A stretch of DNA of 64,000 bases from assembly GCF_006345805.1 (NCBI RefSeq), contig NC_043009.1, positions 47,244,001-47,308,000 on the forward strand, written 5' to 3'. The notes under the pieces are model-generated. The model did not search any database. It had not been told where the DNA came from and saw nothing but the letters and a program-made list of their open reading frames with translations. This stretch comes from Octopus sinensis. Lineage: Eukaryota. Below are positions 25,555 through 40,500 of the stretch, one piece after another (the first letter of the stretch is position 1; each line of letters begins with the position of its first letter). Both the position numbers and the translations under genes were made by a program.

Positions 25555-28500
25555 CTACGGCAACAAGAAAGGCAATGTTTTTAGCAATTAAAATTTAAAA
25601 GACAAACGAGATAATTTTAGCAGGACAGCGAAACGCCATCAAAGTCAGCTCCCTTTCTTAAAAGACCAAATCATCAAAAGTATTCCTTACCTGCGTGAAC
25701 GGTGCCTGTCTTCTCTGTCTCTATGTCTGTGTTCTCGAGTGCGTTCACGATCTCTTGACCAAGACCTGTCTCTCTCACGATCCCGTTCTCTTTCACGGTC
25801 ACGGCGGTACCCACTCCTCATAATAACAGAAATAAATATCAAATTAAATATATAGCAAAATTTTATAACAAGAAAAAGAAACCTGCATTCAAAATAATTT
25901 TGAGACAAGTTGTACAAATAAAATTAATAAGCCTTCAAGTTTTTTTCCACCCCCCACTTCTTATACTAAATTTTATTTGGACTTAATATTCTCCTAAACT
26001 TGCTTTTTATAATAAAACTAGCACAATGTTTACAAAATATACTACTAAAATCTGTGAAGACCTAATTAAATATATAGGTAAATCTTAAGTTCTCACAAGG
26101 GAAGTCAGTCAAAAAAAAAAAACACTTAAAACTGCCAATTTCATTTCTAATCTGTGACTATTTTTATAAATAAAAACTCCAAATTCTACATGTTGGGAGT
26201 TTATTGGTGGAATAAAATAGGATTTTTGCATTCTAACTAAAATTGTTTTTCTTAAAATGTTCAAGCATGTTCAAGAATAAAATACAAATGTCACCTGTTA
26301 TAATCAGATTCTCGTTGAGGGCTGCGGTCTCTGTTATAGTCCCACCTCTCAAAGTTGTTGCTTCTAATTACAAGAAAAGATTATTGATGGCAAAACAGTG
26401 AAAATGAAACGTACATTAATTTGTTAGAGCAGTTTTTACAATGTTAGAATAACTGAGCGGGAGGGCCAGGGAATCTGAGCATAGTGAAAACAACACAGCA
26501 CAGTACCGACTTTTTTAAAAATTCTATTATTTGAACAAAAATTAAATTACATTTGGGTGAAACAAGTTCATAGTTTACAGACCTTTTAAGAATGCTACTT
26601 TACAAAAGAACTTTTTACCATTATCGCTTGCTCAATTATTGTCTTGATTGCATTTATAACTATGCTGGCATGGTTTAAGATGAACATTACTATTTTATTT
26701 TGAAATATAGGATAGCTTAAATTATGCCATTAAATGGTGATATCAGCAAAATATATTTAAGATAAAGAGTTCTCAAATCATTTAAGTTGCAGAGGAGTGT
26801 CATTACATTCATTTGATTTTTATGGCTGTTTTTCCATGCCAGCATGGGTTAGATGAATATATTATTGGGACCGTGTTTTAATGTTGGACACTTTTCCTTT
26901 TGCTAATTCTTACCTGCTGGGTAAAGGATGCATCAGGCGTAATCCAGATAGATCCCTTACCTATCTAAAAGAATATAGGCTCTACGAGGAAAGTTCTGAA
27001 GCATCATTTTTGATGCTGTTGGCTTAAGAAATTTGAAAATTATGACAGTGAAGGAAAATTTAAGCTTTTTTTTTTTTTTAAGAGAAAAAAGGGGGTTGAA
27101 AACTTATTCCTTTCAAATTTCGAAGTCAGTAAAACTGGAAGAAAACAGCAGTGAAAGTAAGAGGGCATACAAAAAAGGGGGCAGGGGAAGCAAGCCGGGA
27201 CTACACTAGCGTTTTATTATTTTTTTTTTAAAGCCAAACCACTGCAACTTTGAACATGCAAAATATAAGCTAGGTAGAAGTTGATATATATTCTGAAATA
27301 ACCATTATTAATGCTTAAGTTTTTTTGCTTTACTTTAGAAAACCCTCAGCCAGTCTGTCTAGGATATAAAGAATAAACAAACCTGTGAGTGGACTGACTT
27401 GTGGGATGCCTGTAGAGTGACAAATCAGACATTATTATTATTGTTGTCATTTTGAGACAAGCAAATAAAAATGAAGAAATATGGCAAAGAAGAAATGATA
27501 CATTTCAAGAGATATGATAGAAATTTCTAGTGGAAATAGGTTAAAGGTCATATCTGCCAGATTTTCGGTAAAGCAGTGATAAACAAAACACAGAGAAAAA
27601 GATACAGCTGATTCTGTCCATTAGTTTGCCTTCAATCATTACCCTTCAGCTCCCAAGCAAAAAATATAAATAGTTGCATATACAGCTCAAGCGGAGAGTA
27701 AAGTTAGATACTTGGGGCCAACATCTGAGCGGGTTAATACTGAAATTATATTAACTTGGGTCGGCCATGGACTGGACACATTATCTAATGTGTCCAATCC
27801 ATCTAGAAAACAGTAGGGATTGATTTAGCTGCTACTTTTAACAGAGTAACTGACCACTGAAATTATATAAGGTCCCACTCACATAGAGATCTCAATATTA
27901 AACAAGTGGCCAGCACATGATGTGGTTAAATTAGGTTAGATTCCAGGAAAAAAAAAACCCACCAGGACATCTTTTCCATTTGACATTACAAGAGAGATAT
28001 TCTACATCATCCTTGATATTTAAACCTAAATGACAATCATACTTTAAATGAGTTTGGTAAATGGCATCTGTCCCCAAAAGGAAAGATAGCTGAAACAAAA
28101 TGCCTTGTTCTCTACATTCTGAATTAGAAATTACAAGATGACTTTAAACAAAAGAATAAAATATTTAATATGTAGTCACAATAGCACACGACCTAATGCT
28201 CAGAGTGTTGAGCTTACAATCATTAGGCCCTGTGTTCAATCCCAGGACTGAGCAGTGTGTTGTGTCTTTCAGCAAGGAGCTTCATTCAACTGAAAAGTAC
28301 CAGTCAACTGCTGGTGAAATTTTGTCCTTCCAACTGTCACAGCACTGATGTTCTGCTAGGTGAAGTTAAGGAAGGTTGAGACACTTGCCTGCGTCTGCTC
28401 GTGTTAGATTCACTTGCGAGTGACAGACGGCTATAGTTTATGGAAGTAGCCTAAGCAAAATATAACTGCTCCCCAATCAATATTAAACTGTTGTAGCAGT

Positions 28501-31500
28501 GCAGAGATAAACACAAATAAAATTTGAAGCACAGTTCCACTACATTTACAGAGAAAAAAAAAAGGCATGGAAGCAACAATCTCTTAAAATTGCTGTCATT
28601 AATTACAATCTTAAGCTATTAACAAGAATAAATGATAATTAAGCACAATACCTGTTTTCCCAGTGTGGAGGCGGGTTTGAATATGTATTGGAATACGGAT
28701 GGTTGTTATCGTAGTTGTACGACTGTCGTTCCTCATAGCTAGAATTGCTGCAATAAATATTGTGTAAAAAATAATTGAATAAAATGTGACAACTGGAGAG
28801 TTCAACATAATCCTTTCTACTGGAAGCACAAGGCCTCAAATTCGTTGGGGGTGGGGGGGAGACTAATCGATTATCGACCCCAGTGTTTCACTGGTACTTA
28901 ACTTATTGGCCCTGAAAGGATGAAAGGCAAAGTCGACCTCGGTGGAATTTGAACTCAGAACGTAGTGATGGGCGAAATACTGCTAAGCATTTCATCCAGT
29001 GAGCTAACAATTCTGCCAGCTCACCACCTTGGAAGAGTTCAACATAATAATAAGTATAATAATCCTTTAGAATATAGGTACAAGGTCTGAAATTTCGCGA
29101 GAGGGGGTTCGTTGGTCACATCAACCACAGTATTTGACTGGACGTTATCAAAGAAGCTTGAGAGGTGGTTGGATGGAACCTACACTCGCCTCCTTATGAG
29201 AGCTCAAAATCTCCCATGGAAGCACCATCCAACCAAAATGCAAATATATGGGAAACTACCACCTGAGTCATCTCTTGTGAAAGGTAAGAGAGTCCAGTTT
29301 GCTGGACATTGTTGTAGAGCTGAAAAAGAGGTAATTTCTACTCTCTCTGGAAGCCATCTACTCGCAATACTAGAGGGCGCACACTCTCCTACCCTGATGT
29401 AATCTCCAGGGATACAGACAGGCATCCAGCAACAGGACCTCCGTAATGCCATGATGGACCGTGAAGTCTGGCGTAGCATGGTAAATTCCAATGTCTCGAC
29501 CACGGTCGAACAATGAATGAATGGATGAATTTGACTGCTATTTAATTCATCAACTCCAAAAGGATGGGAAGCAAAGTCAACCTTGGTTGAATATGAATAA
29601 CAAGTATAATAATAATTCTAATTTTTTTGGTACAAAGCTAGAAACTCTGAGGTGGGTGTAAGTTGATTGTAAACGGATGAAAGACAAAGTAGACCCCAGC
29701 AGGATTTGAACTCAGTACGAAATGAGTCAAAAGAAATGTCACTAAGCAATATTTCTGACATTCTAACAATTCTGCTAGCTTGTTGCCTTATGAATACAAA
29801 CAATATCTCACCATTTTATTAGTTATTAGAGATGGAAGTGGTTTTAGTACCAAATAGCAATCTACATATCCTTCTTAATATATACTAAAAAAAAAACAAT
29901 ATAATACTGCAGTATCCATCTCGAGAAAGCATCTGGTGCAGATGTTTAGTGCTAAAAAGCACAGAAATATTAATAGTGGGCAAAAATTGCAAGATCAAGT
30001 GATTTCTGCATGCTTGCACTTCATCAGTAACAGGTATCCACTACCACCATATGCTAGCCAAACTTCTGTCTCGATATACAGAAAAAACAGTGGCTAATCA
30101 GATACTGGTGTTGCTTTGGTTAGCCAAGGGTTATGGTAGAACACAACCACCCAAGGTGCTGTGCTGGGGGACTGATCCTAGTACCACAAGGTTGGGAAGC
30201 AACCTTCTCAACCACACTACCTCGCTTGCATCAAGCCCCCCCCCCACTTTTTTTTTTTAATTGATTACATAGTTAACAGCTTGCATTGAATATCTCCAGT
30301 GCCATACATTACAAACTAATTATAATAAAAAATATTTACCGATCAGATGGTTGGTTCTGTGGCTGATAATAAGCTGAAAGAAAAACATGAAATATTTCAA
30401 AACAGTATAATTCTTCAAAAATAACAAAAAGAATCAGAGAGAAATCAAGGAATTTAATGTATTTCAATAACTGAAAACACCATTTCAAGTCTGATGTTAT
30501 TTCTGCAATAACAACAGGTAGCATCAGTCATTGGTAAGTTAGAGTTAACATGTGAGCAATTGTGGCATGATTACATATACCAACAGGTATTTTAACCCTT
30601 TAGTGTTCACATTATTCTGCCAAAATTAATGCTTTTTCATCCACTTTGTTTTGAACTAATCATGCATTATCTTGTAGTGATGAGATTTTGATGAGGTAGC
30701 TGTTAATTTTTAAAACAATATTGTAGGGTTTGTGTGAGAGACCAGATCTGGCCAATTTGAACATAAAACAAGCAGAATACTTTTGGCCGGATATGACCGG
30801 TTTAAATGCTAAAGGGTTAAACACAAAAAGAGAAAGAAAATATCTCTTGCATATGTACAAAGCCACAGACTTCCAAGACATTCGAGCCTTCTACAAAAGC
30901 TATTTGTGTTGTAAATATAAAATCATACAAGGTTACCAACTAACAATTAGCAGTTTATCTCTACTCCATTACATCTCTCTTAATGGAGAGAGTAAATAAT
31001 AATTACTAACACATGCATAAGGCCTGAAATTTAGCGAAGGAGTAAAGTGGATTATTTTAATCCTAGTATTTGACTGATAGTGGAGGCACGAGGCTTAGTG
31101 GTTAGGGTGTCAGCAACATGATCGTAAGATTGTGGTTTCGATTCCTGGACCGGGCGGCACGTTGTGTTCTTGAGCAAAACACTTTATTTCACATTGCTCC
31201 AGTCCACTCAGGTGGTAAATATGAGTAATGCTGCGATGGACTGGCGTCCCGTACAGCTGGGGAACTCATAAACCATTGAGACCGGGAAACTGGGCCCATG
31301 AGCCTGGCTAGGCTTTAAAAGGGCGCATTTATTATTTATTTTATTTGATAAGGTAGCAAGCTGGCAGAATTGTTAGTACATCAGATAAAAGGCATAGTGG
31401 CATTTCTTCTGGGTGTTTATATTCTGAGTTCAAATCACACCAAGGTCAACTTTGCCTTTTATCCCTTCAGGGTTAATAAAGTAAGTACCAGTCAAGTACT

Positions 31501-34500
31501 GGGGTTGATGTAATTGACTTGCCCTCTTCCCTGAAAACTGTTGACCTTGAACCTTGCAAAGGGTTGGCATCTCATTCAAGAGGGGAACAATGTAGTCTCG
31601 GTCACTTATAGGCCAAGAAAAACAGATAACTGGCCTTTCGAGACTTAGGATTCAAAAAATATTTTGGGGAAAAAAAAAAGCCCTTGAAGGATGAAAGCAA
31701 AGATGACCTCAGCTGAATTTGAACTCATACAACAAAGAGCCAAAAGAAATAGTGAAAGGTTTTTTGCCAGAGGCCCAACTGATTCTGCCAACCCATCCGA
31801 TTGTTGGGAGAAGTTAATGATTTCTAATTTGGGAGGATTGAGCAAACTGAGTTGGTGGGGAGCTTAGTCATAACCTCCAACAGCAGTATTTGAATGGTAC
31901 TTTATCAACGCTGGAAGGATGAACCTCAGTAGGATTCGAACTCAGAATGTGAAGAGCGACAAGAAATAGAAAAAGGGACTTTGTCAATCTACCACTCTGT
32001 TGAAAAATTTAATAAGGATTTCTAATTCAGACACAAGGCCAGTAAATTGAAGGGGAGGGGATTAATCGATTACAATTGACCTGAGTATTTGAATGGTACT
32101 TTATCAAAACGGGAAGGAGATAAAGCATAGTTGACTTCTGCCGGTGACACATAAAAAACACCATTCGAGCGTGATCGTTACCCACGTCGCCTTACTGGTA
32201 CTTGTGCTGGTAGCACGTGACAAAACCGTTGAGCGTTGCCAGTACCGCCTGACTGGCCCTCGTGCCAGTGGCACGTAAAAGCACCCACTACACACTCTGA
32301 GTGTTTGGCGTTAGGAAGAGCATCCAGCTGTAGAAACTCTGCCAGATCAGATTGGAGCCTGGTGCAGCCAAATGGTTTGCCAGACCTCAGTCAAATCGTC
32401 CAATCCATGCTAGCATGGAAAGTGGACGTTAAACGATGATGATGATGAACATGAGACAGTTGATAATAAACATTCTCAGTAACTGTCAGCTGTTCATAGG
32501 ATTTAAAGAGTGAGAGAGCACCAAATGGTGGAATCTCAAACAAGGTTTTGAATATTACACAGAACTGAGACTCAATTCTGGATGTGAATTAATATAAGAA
32601 GTGATGGGAATTGCTCTTCCATTTCAAGAATTTTATAAAGTTTTAAAGACAAAAGTCAATCTAGAGAAACAACAACCCAGTATATAACGTTAAAGATATA
32701 TTAGAAACATGCTGTTTGTGTAATACTTACAATCATAGCCATCAGTTGTAGGTGGAGGTACTGGGAAAGCTGGGGGGATCATTGCAACTCCTGGAGGTGG
32801 AGGCATACCTGCGAAAGATAAGCAAACATTAATAGAATATTATGTAAAGAAAGTATCAAAGGCACATATGCTAGCTGCATTATTTTCTCTAACTCATTAA
32901 CATGTGTGCCAAGAATGGTAACTGCTCATTATGGAAATTGCTATTAAATATAGTAACTGCCCAATATGGTAATAGCTATGTTAATTTTTCAACCACTTAA
33001 TCACAGGGCAGCGAGCAGGCAGAAACGTTAGCATGCTGGGCGCAATGCTTAGCGGTATTTTGTCTGTCTTTATGTTCTGAGTTCAAATTCCACTGAGGTC
33101 AACTTTGCTTTCATCCTTTCAGGGTTGATAAAATTAAGTACCAGTAGCGTAATGGAGTTGAACTAATCAACTGGTCCCCTCTCCAAAGATTTTGGGCCTT
33201 GTGCCTAGAGTAGAAAAGAATTTTTCAATCACTTACAAGGCACTGGTCAACCTATGGCTACAGTATAGGATATTAGCTGACATCTTCCACACAGTGGGAC
33301 CAAGTCCCTAACCATGTGGTTCTGAAGCAGGTGATTAGGGGTTCGTATATTCTTTTATCCTTTACTTGTTTCAGTCATTGTGGCCATGCTGGGGCAACTC
33401 CTTGAGGTTTTAGTCAAATGAATCGATCCCAGTACTGTTTGCATTTTTCAAGCCTGGTACATTTTCTATCAGTCCCTTTTTCCAAAAACTGCTAAGATAA
33501 GGGGTCATAAACACACCAACACCAGTTATCAAGCGGTGGAGTGGGTACGGGGTGGAGGGGACAAACACACATATATATGGGCTTCTTTCAGTTTCCGTCA
33601 ACCAAATCCACTTACAAAGCTTTGATCAGCCTGAGGTTATAGTAGAAGACACTTGCCCAAGAATGGCAGTATATACCAGCCTACACTTACTCAGGGCACC
33701 GTGCATGGAGACTGAATCAGAAACCATATGGTTCTAAAGCAAACTTCTTAACCACGCAGCCATCCTTGATGCAGTTAATTTAACTAATTTATGCACACAA
33801 TATTTCCCTGAACACACAGATGGAATCTGAAAACAGAATTTAGAAAGCAACTACTAAATACCGGTAATTATTTAGTGCAATCCTTTACAGTTTAGGTCAC
33901 TTCCCCACCAAAGTCCACCTGGGTACTAACATTAACACTTTCGTTACTGTATTTATTTTGAGATGCTCTGTTTCTTTCAATTAATTTTAAATATAACAAA
34001 GAATTTAGTAAAATAACTTAGTTATCATTCAGCTGGTGTTAGGAACATAAGTTGTGACTGAGGTTTGGTGGAAGATTTTAATTCAGAACTTATGACAACA
34101 AGACATTTGTACTCAGAGCCAGAACCGGTTTCAGCCGGGTTGGTAACGAATGGGTTAATAAAGTATTCCATGTGATTGCTAAGATTAGTGGAAACATCCA
34201 GTTGACACATGCGTAAAATGGCAGATTAAAATAAATTTTTGTGTGAGGTTGAGCTTGCATAATAATACTGACCTGGAGGTGGCATACCAGGGGGTGGCAT
34301 GCCAGGTGGAGGTAGTCCATATTCAGGAATTTGTGCCAAATGGGGATGATGGGGTTGAATACCAGAAGGTGCAGGATATGGCTTGCGGCTAAAATATATA
34401 AAAATTGAAAAAAATATATATAAATAAATAAACAAACTGAAGCAGATTTGTTGGTGCTACTGTTGCAAAAAGAATGGAAGGAGACTGATAACAGTCAAAA

Positions 34501-37500
34501 TATTTAGTCAACAATAGTTGACATGTTTTGTAAACATATTTTGTAAACAAACGAGCAATGTCAAGCTTGGTACTGAGTGGAAATTAAGAAACAACAGGAG
34601 AAAAGCCTATAAGAGACAACACAAAAAAAAAAAAAAAATTTTAATGCTTTCCAGGCTAGCATGGAGCGGACAGTTTGACAGGAGCTGGCAAGTCAGAAGA
34701 CTGCATCAAACAGAACTGACCGTTTTGGCAGTATTTCTATTGTGATACCAGTGCTGATGACACGTAAGAGAACCTTCTGAACGTGGCCGTTGCCAGCCCC
34801 ACCCCGACTGGCCTCGTCTGGCCCCTGTGCCGGTGTCATGTAAAAAGTACAATCCGATTGTGACCGTTGCCAGCCTCGTCTGGCATCTGTGCAGGTGGCA
34901 CGTATAAAGCACCCACTACACTCACGGAGTGGTTGGCATTAGGAAGGGCATCCAGCTATAGAAACACTGCCAGATTAGACTGGGCCTGGCGCAGCCTTCT
35001 GGCTTCCCAGACCCCAGTTGAACCGTCCAACCCATGCTAGCATGGAAAACGGATGTTAAACAATGATGATGATGATGATGCTCTTCCTAAAACCAACCAC
35101 ATTATAGAATGTACTAGATGCTTTTTAGGTAGCACCAGCTAAGAGGTGTGTTATGTGTAGAGGAGTATTGAAGTAGTGACTTTCTCCAGGTGATGTGAGG
35201 TTAGAGTATGACAGAGAGACAAAAACAGGTGTCTTGCAGTAGAGAGAACACCTGGCTAGCCCAATGTGTGTGTGTGTATGTTTGCCTTGATGCCCTGTGA
35301 TGATCGTAGGTGAGCATCACTGCCATACAAAGTGTTCTGTATTTCCAGTCTTCTGTAAAAACACATCTGGCAAAGGGGAAATATTATCTTGCTTAGAAAC
35401 AGGTGATGGTTGGAAACAAGTAAGGTGTCCAGTCATAGAAAGTCTGCCTCAACAAATCCGTCTGAGCCATGCAAGCAGGGAAAAGTGAACATTGAAATGA
35501 TGATGAAACTTAAAAGACAAAAGAGTTTATATATGTAATTGGCGGCGAGCTGGCAGAAACGTTAGCACGCCGGGCGAAATGCGTAGCCGTATTTCGTCTG
35601 CCGTTATGTTCTGAGTTCAAATTCCGCCGAGGTCGACTTTGCCTTTCATCCTTTCGGGGTCGATAAATTAAGTACCAGTTACGCACTGGGGTCGATGTAA
35701 TCGACTTAAACCGTTTGTCTGTCCTTATTTATCCCCTTGTGGGTAGTAAAGAAATATATATGTAATTTAAAAGAAAGAGTTGGGGTTGTGTAACATTACT
35801 TACTAATCATTGGAATCTGTGGTTGGTATGGGTTCACTATTGTTAGCTGACTGAGCCGGTCTTCTTGAGTCTCTAGCTGTAGTTCCAATCACGTCTATTG
35901 TGCCAGACATTTTTCTGTTAGGAGGAGGTGCAGCTCGCTTACCCAGTAAACTTACAGGAGCATTGCCAGCATCTGCGAAAAACATCAAAAAAAATCACCA
36001 GCAATTCAGAACAACATCACAATATCACAATTTTAGAAAAACATCAAAAGAAATCAAAACATATTTGGGTCGTTATAGCTTTTATTTTACAAAGATCGAT
36101 GTCAACGCTCACTTTTACATGCCTGCATGGTCAGATGATACTTGTTGAGGCAGGTTTTCTATGGCTGGATGCTCTTCCTGTCATCAACCCTCACCTGTTT
36201 CCAAGCAAGGAGATATTTCCCCGAGCTCTTTGAACATGAGAAGCACAAAGGCTGGACATACTTAGCTGGAAGAGTACAAACATAAATGATACTGTTTGTA
36301 TATTAGTAACGTTTGTTTACAATTAGTGCAGAATATCAAGACAAGAAGACACAAATACACATGCACATATAGATATATGTATGGAGGCTAAGACATGGCT
36401 GGGTGGTTAAGAAGTTCACTTCTCAACCCCATGATTTTGGGTTCTGTCCCTCTATATAGCACTCTGGATGAAGTAGATTTTGCAAATGGAAACTGAAAGA
36501 AGCATTTCATGTATGTACGCATGTGTATAAACATATGCTGGTGTCTTTGTTTGTCCTTGTCTTGACATCATGCATAATTTGTAAGCAAGCGGTGTCCCTT
36601 GTTTTATAGTCTCCTGTGATAACACGTCCAGCCACAAAAATATCACCTTGCTTGGAAACAGGTGAGGGTTGGCAACAAGAGGGGCATCCAGTTGTAGAAA
36701 ATCTGTGTCAGTGAATTCCATCTGACCTATGGAAGCAAGGAAAAGTGAAGGTTAAAACAACAGCAACAACATACATACACACATATATATTGATATATAA
36801 AATTTTTTGAAATCTTACTGTTTAATGCAGCAGGTTTTTCTTCAGGTGTACTGCGGGAGCTAAGAACAGGTGTTGGAGCACCAGCATGGTGAACCTGAAA
36901 TAAAGAAATTATTAAAAGACAAATGTTTAATTAACATACAGTGACAATAATGATTTTCTCTGACTAGAAAAATAGCCAAATTTGTCAAGGAATAAAAAAT
37001 GATCCTGGTATTTATTTCCATCAAACAGCAGGGCAGGACTTGAGCTAAGAATATCAAAGTATTAGGTTCATATATTGTATTGTCTGAGCCATCCCCACCG
37101 TCCAGACAAATATAATATTTTAAATAATATTATTTAATCTCCTTCCTTATTGTTAAGTTTAAGTAGCTGAAAGGTAGTGCTATCATGTTTTCACGCTGAG
37201 GATTAAATACCTATTTCTTTACTACCCACAAGGGGCTAAACACAGAGAGGACAAACAAGGACAGACAAACGGATTAAGTCGATTACATCGACCCCAGTGC
37301 GTAACTGGTACTTATTTAATCGACCCCGAAAGGGTGAAAGGCAAAGTCGACCTCGGTGGAATTTGAACTCGGAATGTAACGGCAGACGAAATACGGCTAC
37401 GCATTTCGCCCGGCGTGCTAACATTTCTGCCAGCTCGCCGCCTTAAATACCTCTGTAAACAACCTCATCTCAAACCAGGAAGTCAATGAGCCTGACTAAA

Positions 37501-40500
37501 AATTAAGTCTAAGATCAATGTATGCATGATCATATTCCTTCCTGCCAGAGGTTTACTTACATTCCTCAATCATTCAATAAACTCAAGTTTAGCTGATTAA
37601 TTTAATTCAAAACCGTATAGTTTCTGGTTCAATCTCACAACGCTGCACTTTGGGTGAGTGTTTTATACCATGGCCCCAAGTTGACTAATAATTTGCCAGT
37701 GAAATACCTTCGTCATCTAGTTGGCTGGCTTGCCCAAACTGATCATTCATGCTGGTTGTTTTAACAGCTGAATGTCTTGCCTGCACATAACACAACTTAC
37801 AAATGATGGTAGTAGTTCACTAACCGAAATGGCTAATCCTGGTCAGTGACACTTTGTTCGCCGTTCATCCTCTCAGCATCTAGCAATATCTACTGTTGAA
37901 ATAGTTCGCATTCACCATGCTGTGACCCCTAGCTTGGGTAGTTACCGAGTGCTAGGCCTTGCCAAGGGGCCACCCGTGATTTGGCCTGGGGCTGTTTATT
38001 CCTGTATTCACAGATGATTTCTATTTATATGCTAACTTAACCCATAGCTGGGACACTGACAGGTGCCACTACTCCAGGTCAGAGTAGACCTAGGAACAAT
38101 AGTGGCTAAGAAGTGGTTCCACACTACCCCCAAAAGCCTGGCACTTCCTCATCAGGGACCGAATACTGGATGCAATTTAAAGTCATACACATGAAAAACT
38201 TACAAGACAGGAAATGTGTGGAAGCCTATTTTATACATACAAACATACTCACACAGACTCACTCACTCTCACATACACACACACACACACTTGCATGCAC
38301 ACACACACACTCATGTGCGCACACACACACACACATTTAAAACAACCAAACTTTTACAGAGAAGAATGGCCTTGCCTTAAACATCCAAATTCAGCTCACA
38401 GCAGATATATACATAATCATATAAAAGTATCTAATGTTGCAAACCTATCATCCATCTAAAGCAAAGGAAAACAGTTGACAGAAAATACTAACCATTATTT
38501 TGTTGGTTTGATTCTCCATACGTAATCGCCGCTGCTTCTCACAGTACTGTTGCCAAGTGTCTTCATTGAAACCATAATTGAAATAGTCAGTTATGTCAGC
38601 ACCTGGGATACACAGAAACAACAACAACAATCAACAGAAATGTCAATTTTCTGGAAGTACTAGCTGTAACAGATGCATTATCTGGTGACTGGTTAATGGA
38701 AAATTGTTGCTAGATTTCTGGATGCTTCTTACCAAGAAAATGTATATTTACTTACAGCCATTGAGACTGTGCTGTGTGTTTACTGAAGTATTCATGATAA
38801 AAAAATTTTTTTAAATTAAACCCAAAAGGATCGGTTTTATATAGGATTTACCAGTTAAGATCAGTTCAACCCAGACTGGGACTGTTCTACTGTCATCAAT
38901 ATCATCATTTAACATCTGCTTTCCATGCTGGCATGGTTAGACCAGTGCTTCTCAAACTATCTGATGTGGCTTACCGGCAGTTTTTTTCCCCCCAATGTGC
39001 CAGGGACCAGTAATATTTCTTAGTAATATTAATTTATACTGGAAACAATATATATAATAAATATAATAAAAGTTGGAAATTTTTTTTTTATCATATATCT
39101 ATTTTGTAAACAAATTTAGGCATAGGAGTGGCTGTGTGGTAAGTAGCTTGGCTTACCAACCACATGGTTCTGGATTCAGTCCCAATGCATGGCACCTTGG
39201 GCAAGTGTCTTTTACTATAGCCTCGGGCCGACCTAGGCCTTGTGAGTGGATTTGGTAGACGGAAACTGAAAGAAGCACGTTGTATATATGTATATGAGTG
39301 TGTGTGTGTGTGTGTGTGTATGTCTGTGTTTGTCCCCCCAACATCGCTTGACAACCGATACTGGTGTGTTTACGTCCCTGTAACTTAGCAGTTCGGCAAA
39401 AGAGACCGATAGAATAAGTACCAGGCTTACAAAGAATAAGTCCTGGGGTCGATTTGCTCGACTAAAGGCGATGCACCAGCATGGCCACAGTCAAATGACT
39501 GAAACAAGTAAAAGAGTAAATAATATAATATTACATAAGCATTTCATAATGTCTCTTTCTTTCTGGAAACTCACCACGTAATGGCAGCTGATGGCCCGCG
39601 GACTGGCGCCGGTCTGCGAACCACCACTTTGAGAAGCACTGGGTTAGACGGTTTGACTGGAACTGATAAGCCAGAGAGCTGCAACAGGTTCCAGTCTGAT
39701 CTGGCAGGGTTTCTATGGTGGGATGCTTTCCTAACGCCGACTATTCCAAGCCATGACGAGTCTTCTCAAGCACAGTACATCATCAAAGGTCTCGGTCACT
39801 TGTTATCGCTTTTGGGACATCTAATGTATGAAGATCCTGCTTCACCACCTCATCCCGTGTCTTACGAAAATATTTGCGCTGGGACGGATTGAATTGTTCT
39901 TCCCAAGCCGTTCACTACCATCCCATTTTTTCAGCTATCAGACAACAGACTGAAGGGACCTATCAGAGAATAGGTCCCTATCAAAAGTAAAATTGTGTGT
40001 TCTTACCAAAGAACTTTCCTTGTAGTTGGTTTGCTTCAAGCTAAGGCATCTGGAGTTTTCTGATAGAAAACCTACATTGCATCTTATCCAAAACTGCACT
40101 AACTTTGATAAAACCCACTGACTTTCTAAACTTAGACCACTGTAATTGTCCTTCAGTTTTATTTGTTGTACTTTTAAAGGAGTCCCTTTGGTCATGAATG
40201 ACCATGAGATTGCACCTAGAAAGTTCCCCTCCGAGGTACAAATCTGGGTAAAGTCATTTATGGAAGACCAGTAGCAACCACTGCATACTACCCTCCCTTC
40301 TTCATGCCACCAATGCTATCCAAAGGAAAGGCAAAAGCTGAGACAGCTTGGTACCAGTGATTTCACAAATCATTTCTACAGCTGAGTGAACTGAAGCAAT
40401 GTGAAATAAAGTGTCGAACACAGCACACAGCTCAAGCAAGTAACAGAACTCACTACTCCATGATTGTGAGCCCGATACTCTAACCACTGAGCCATGCACC

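Noticed and set aside
27640-27724. Another possible FIP1L1 cassette with a GTAATG donor
   Set aside because: In-frame stop, T-rich body, no other support.
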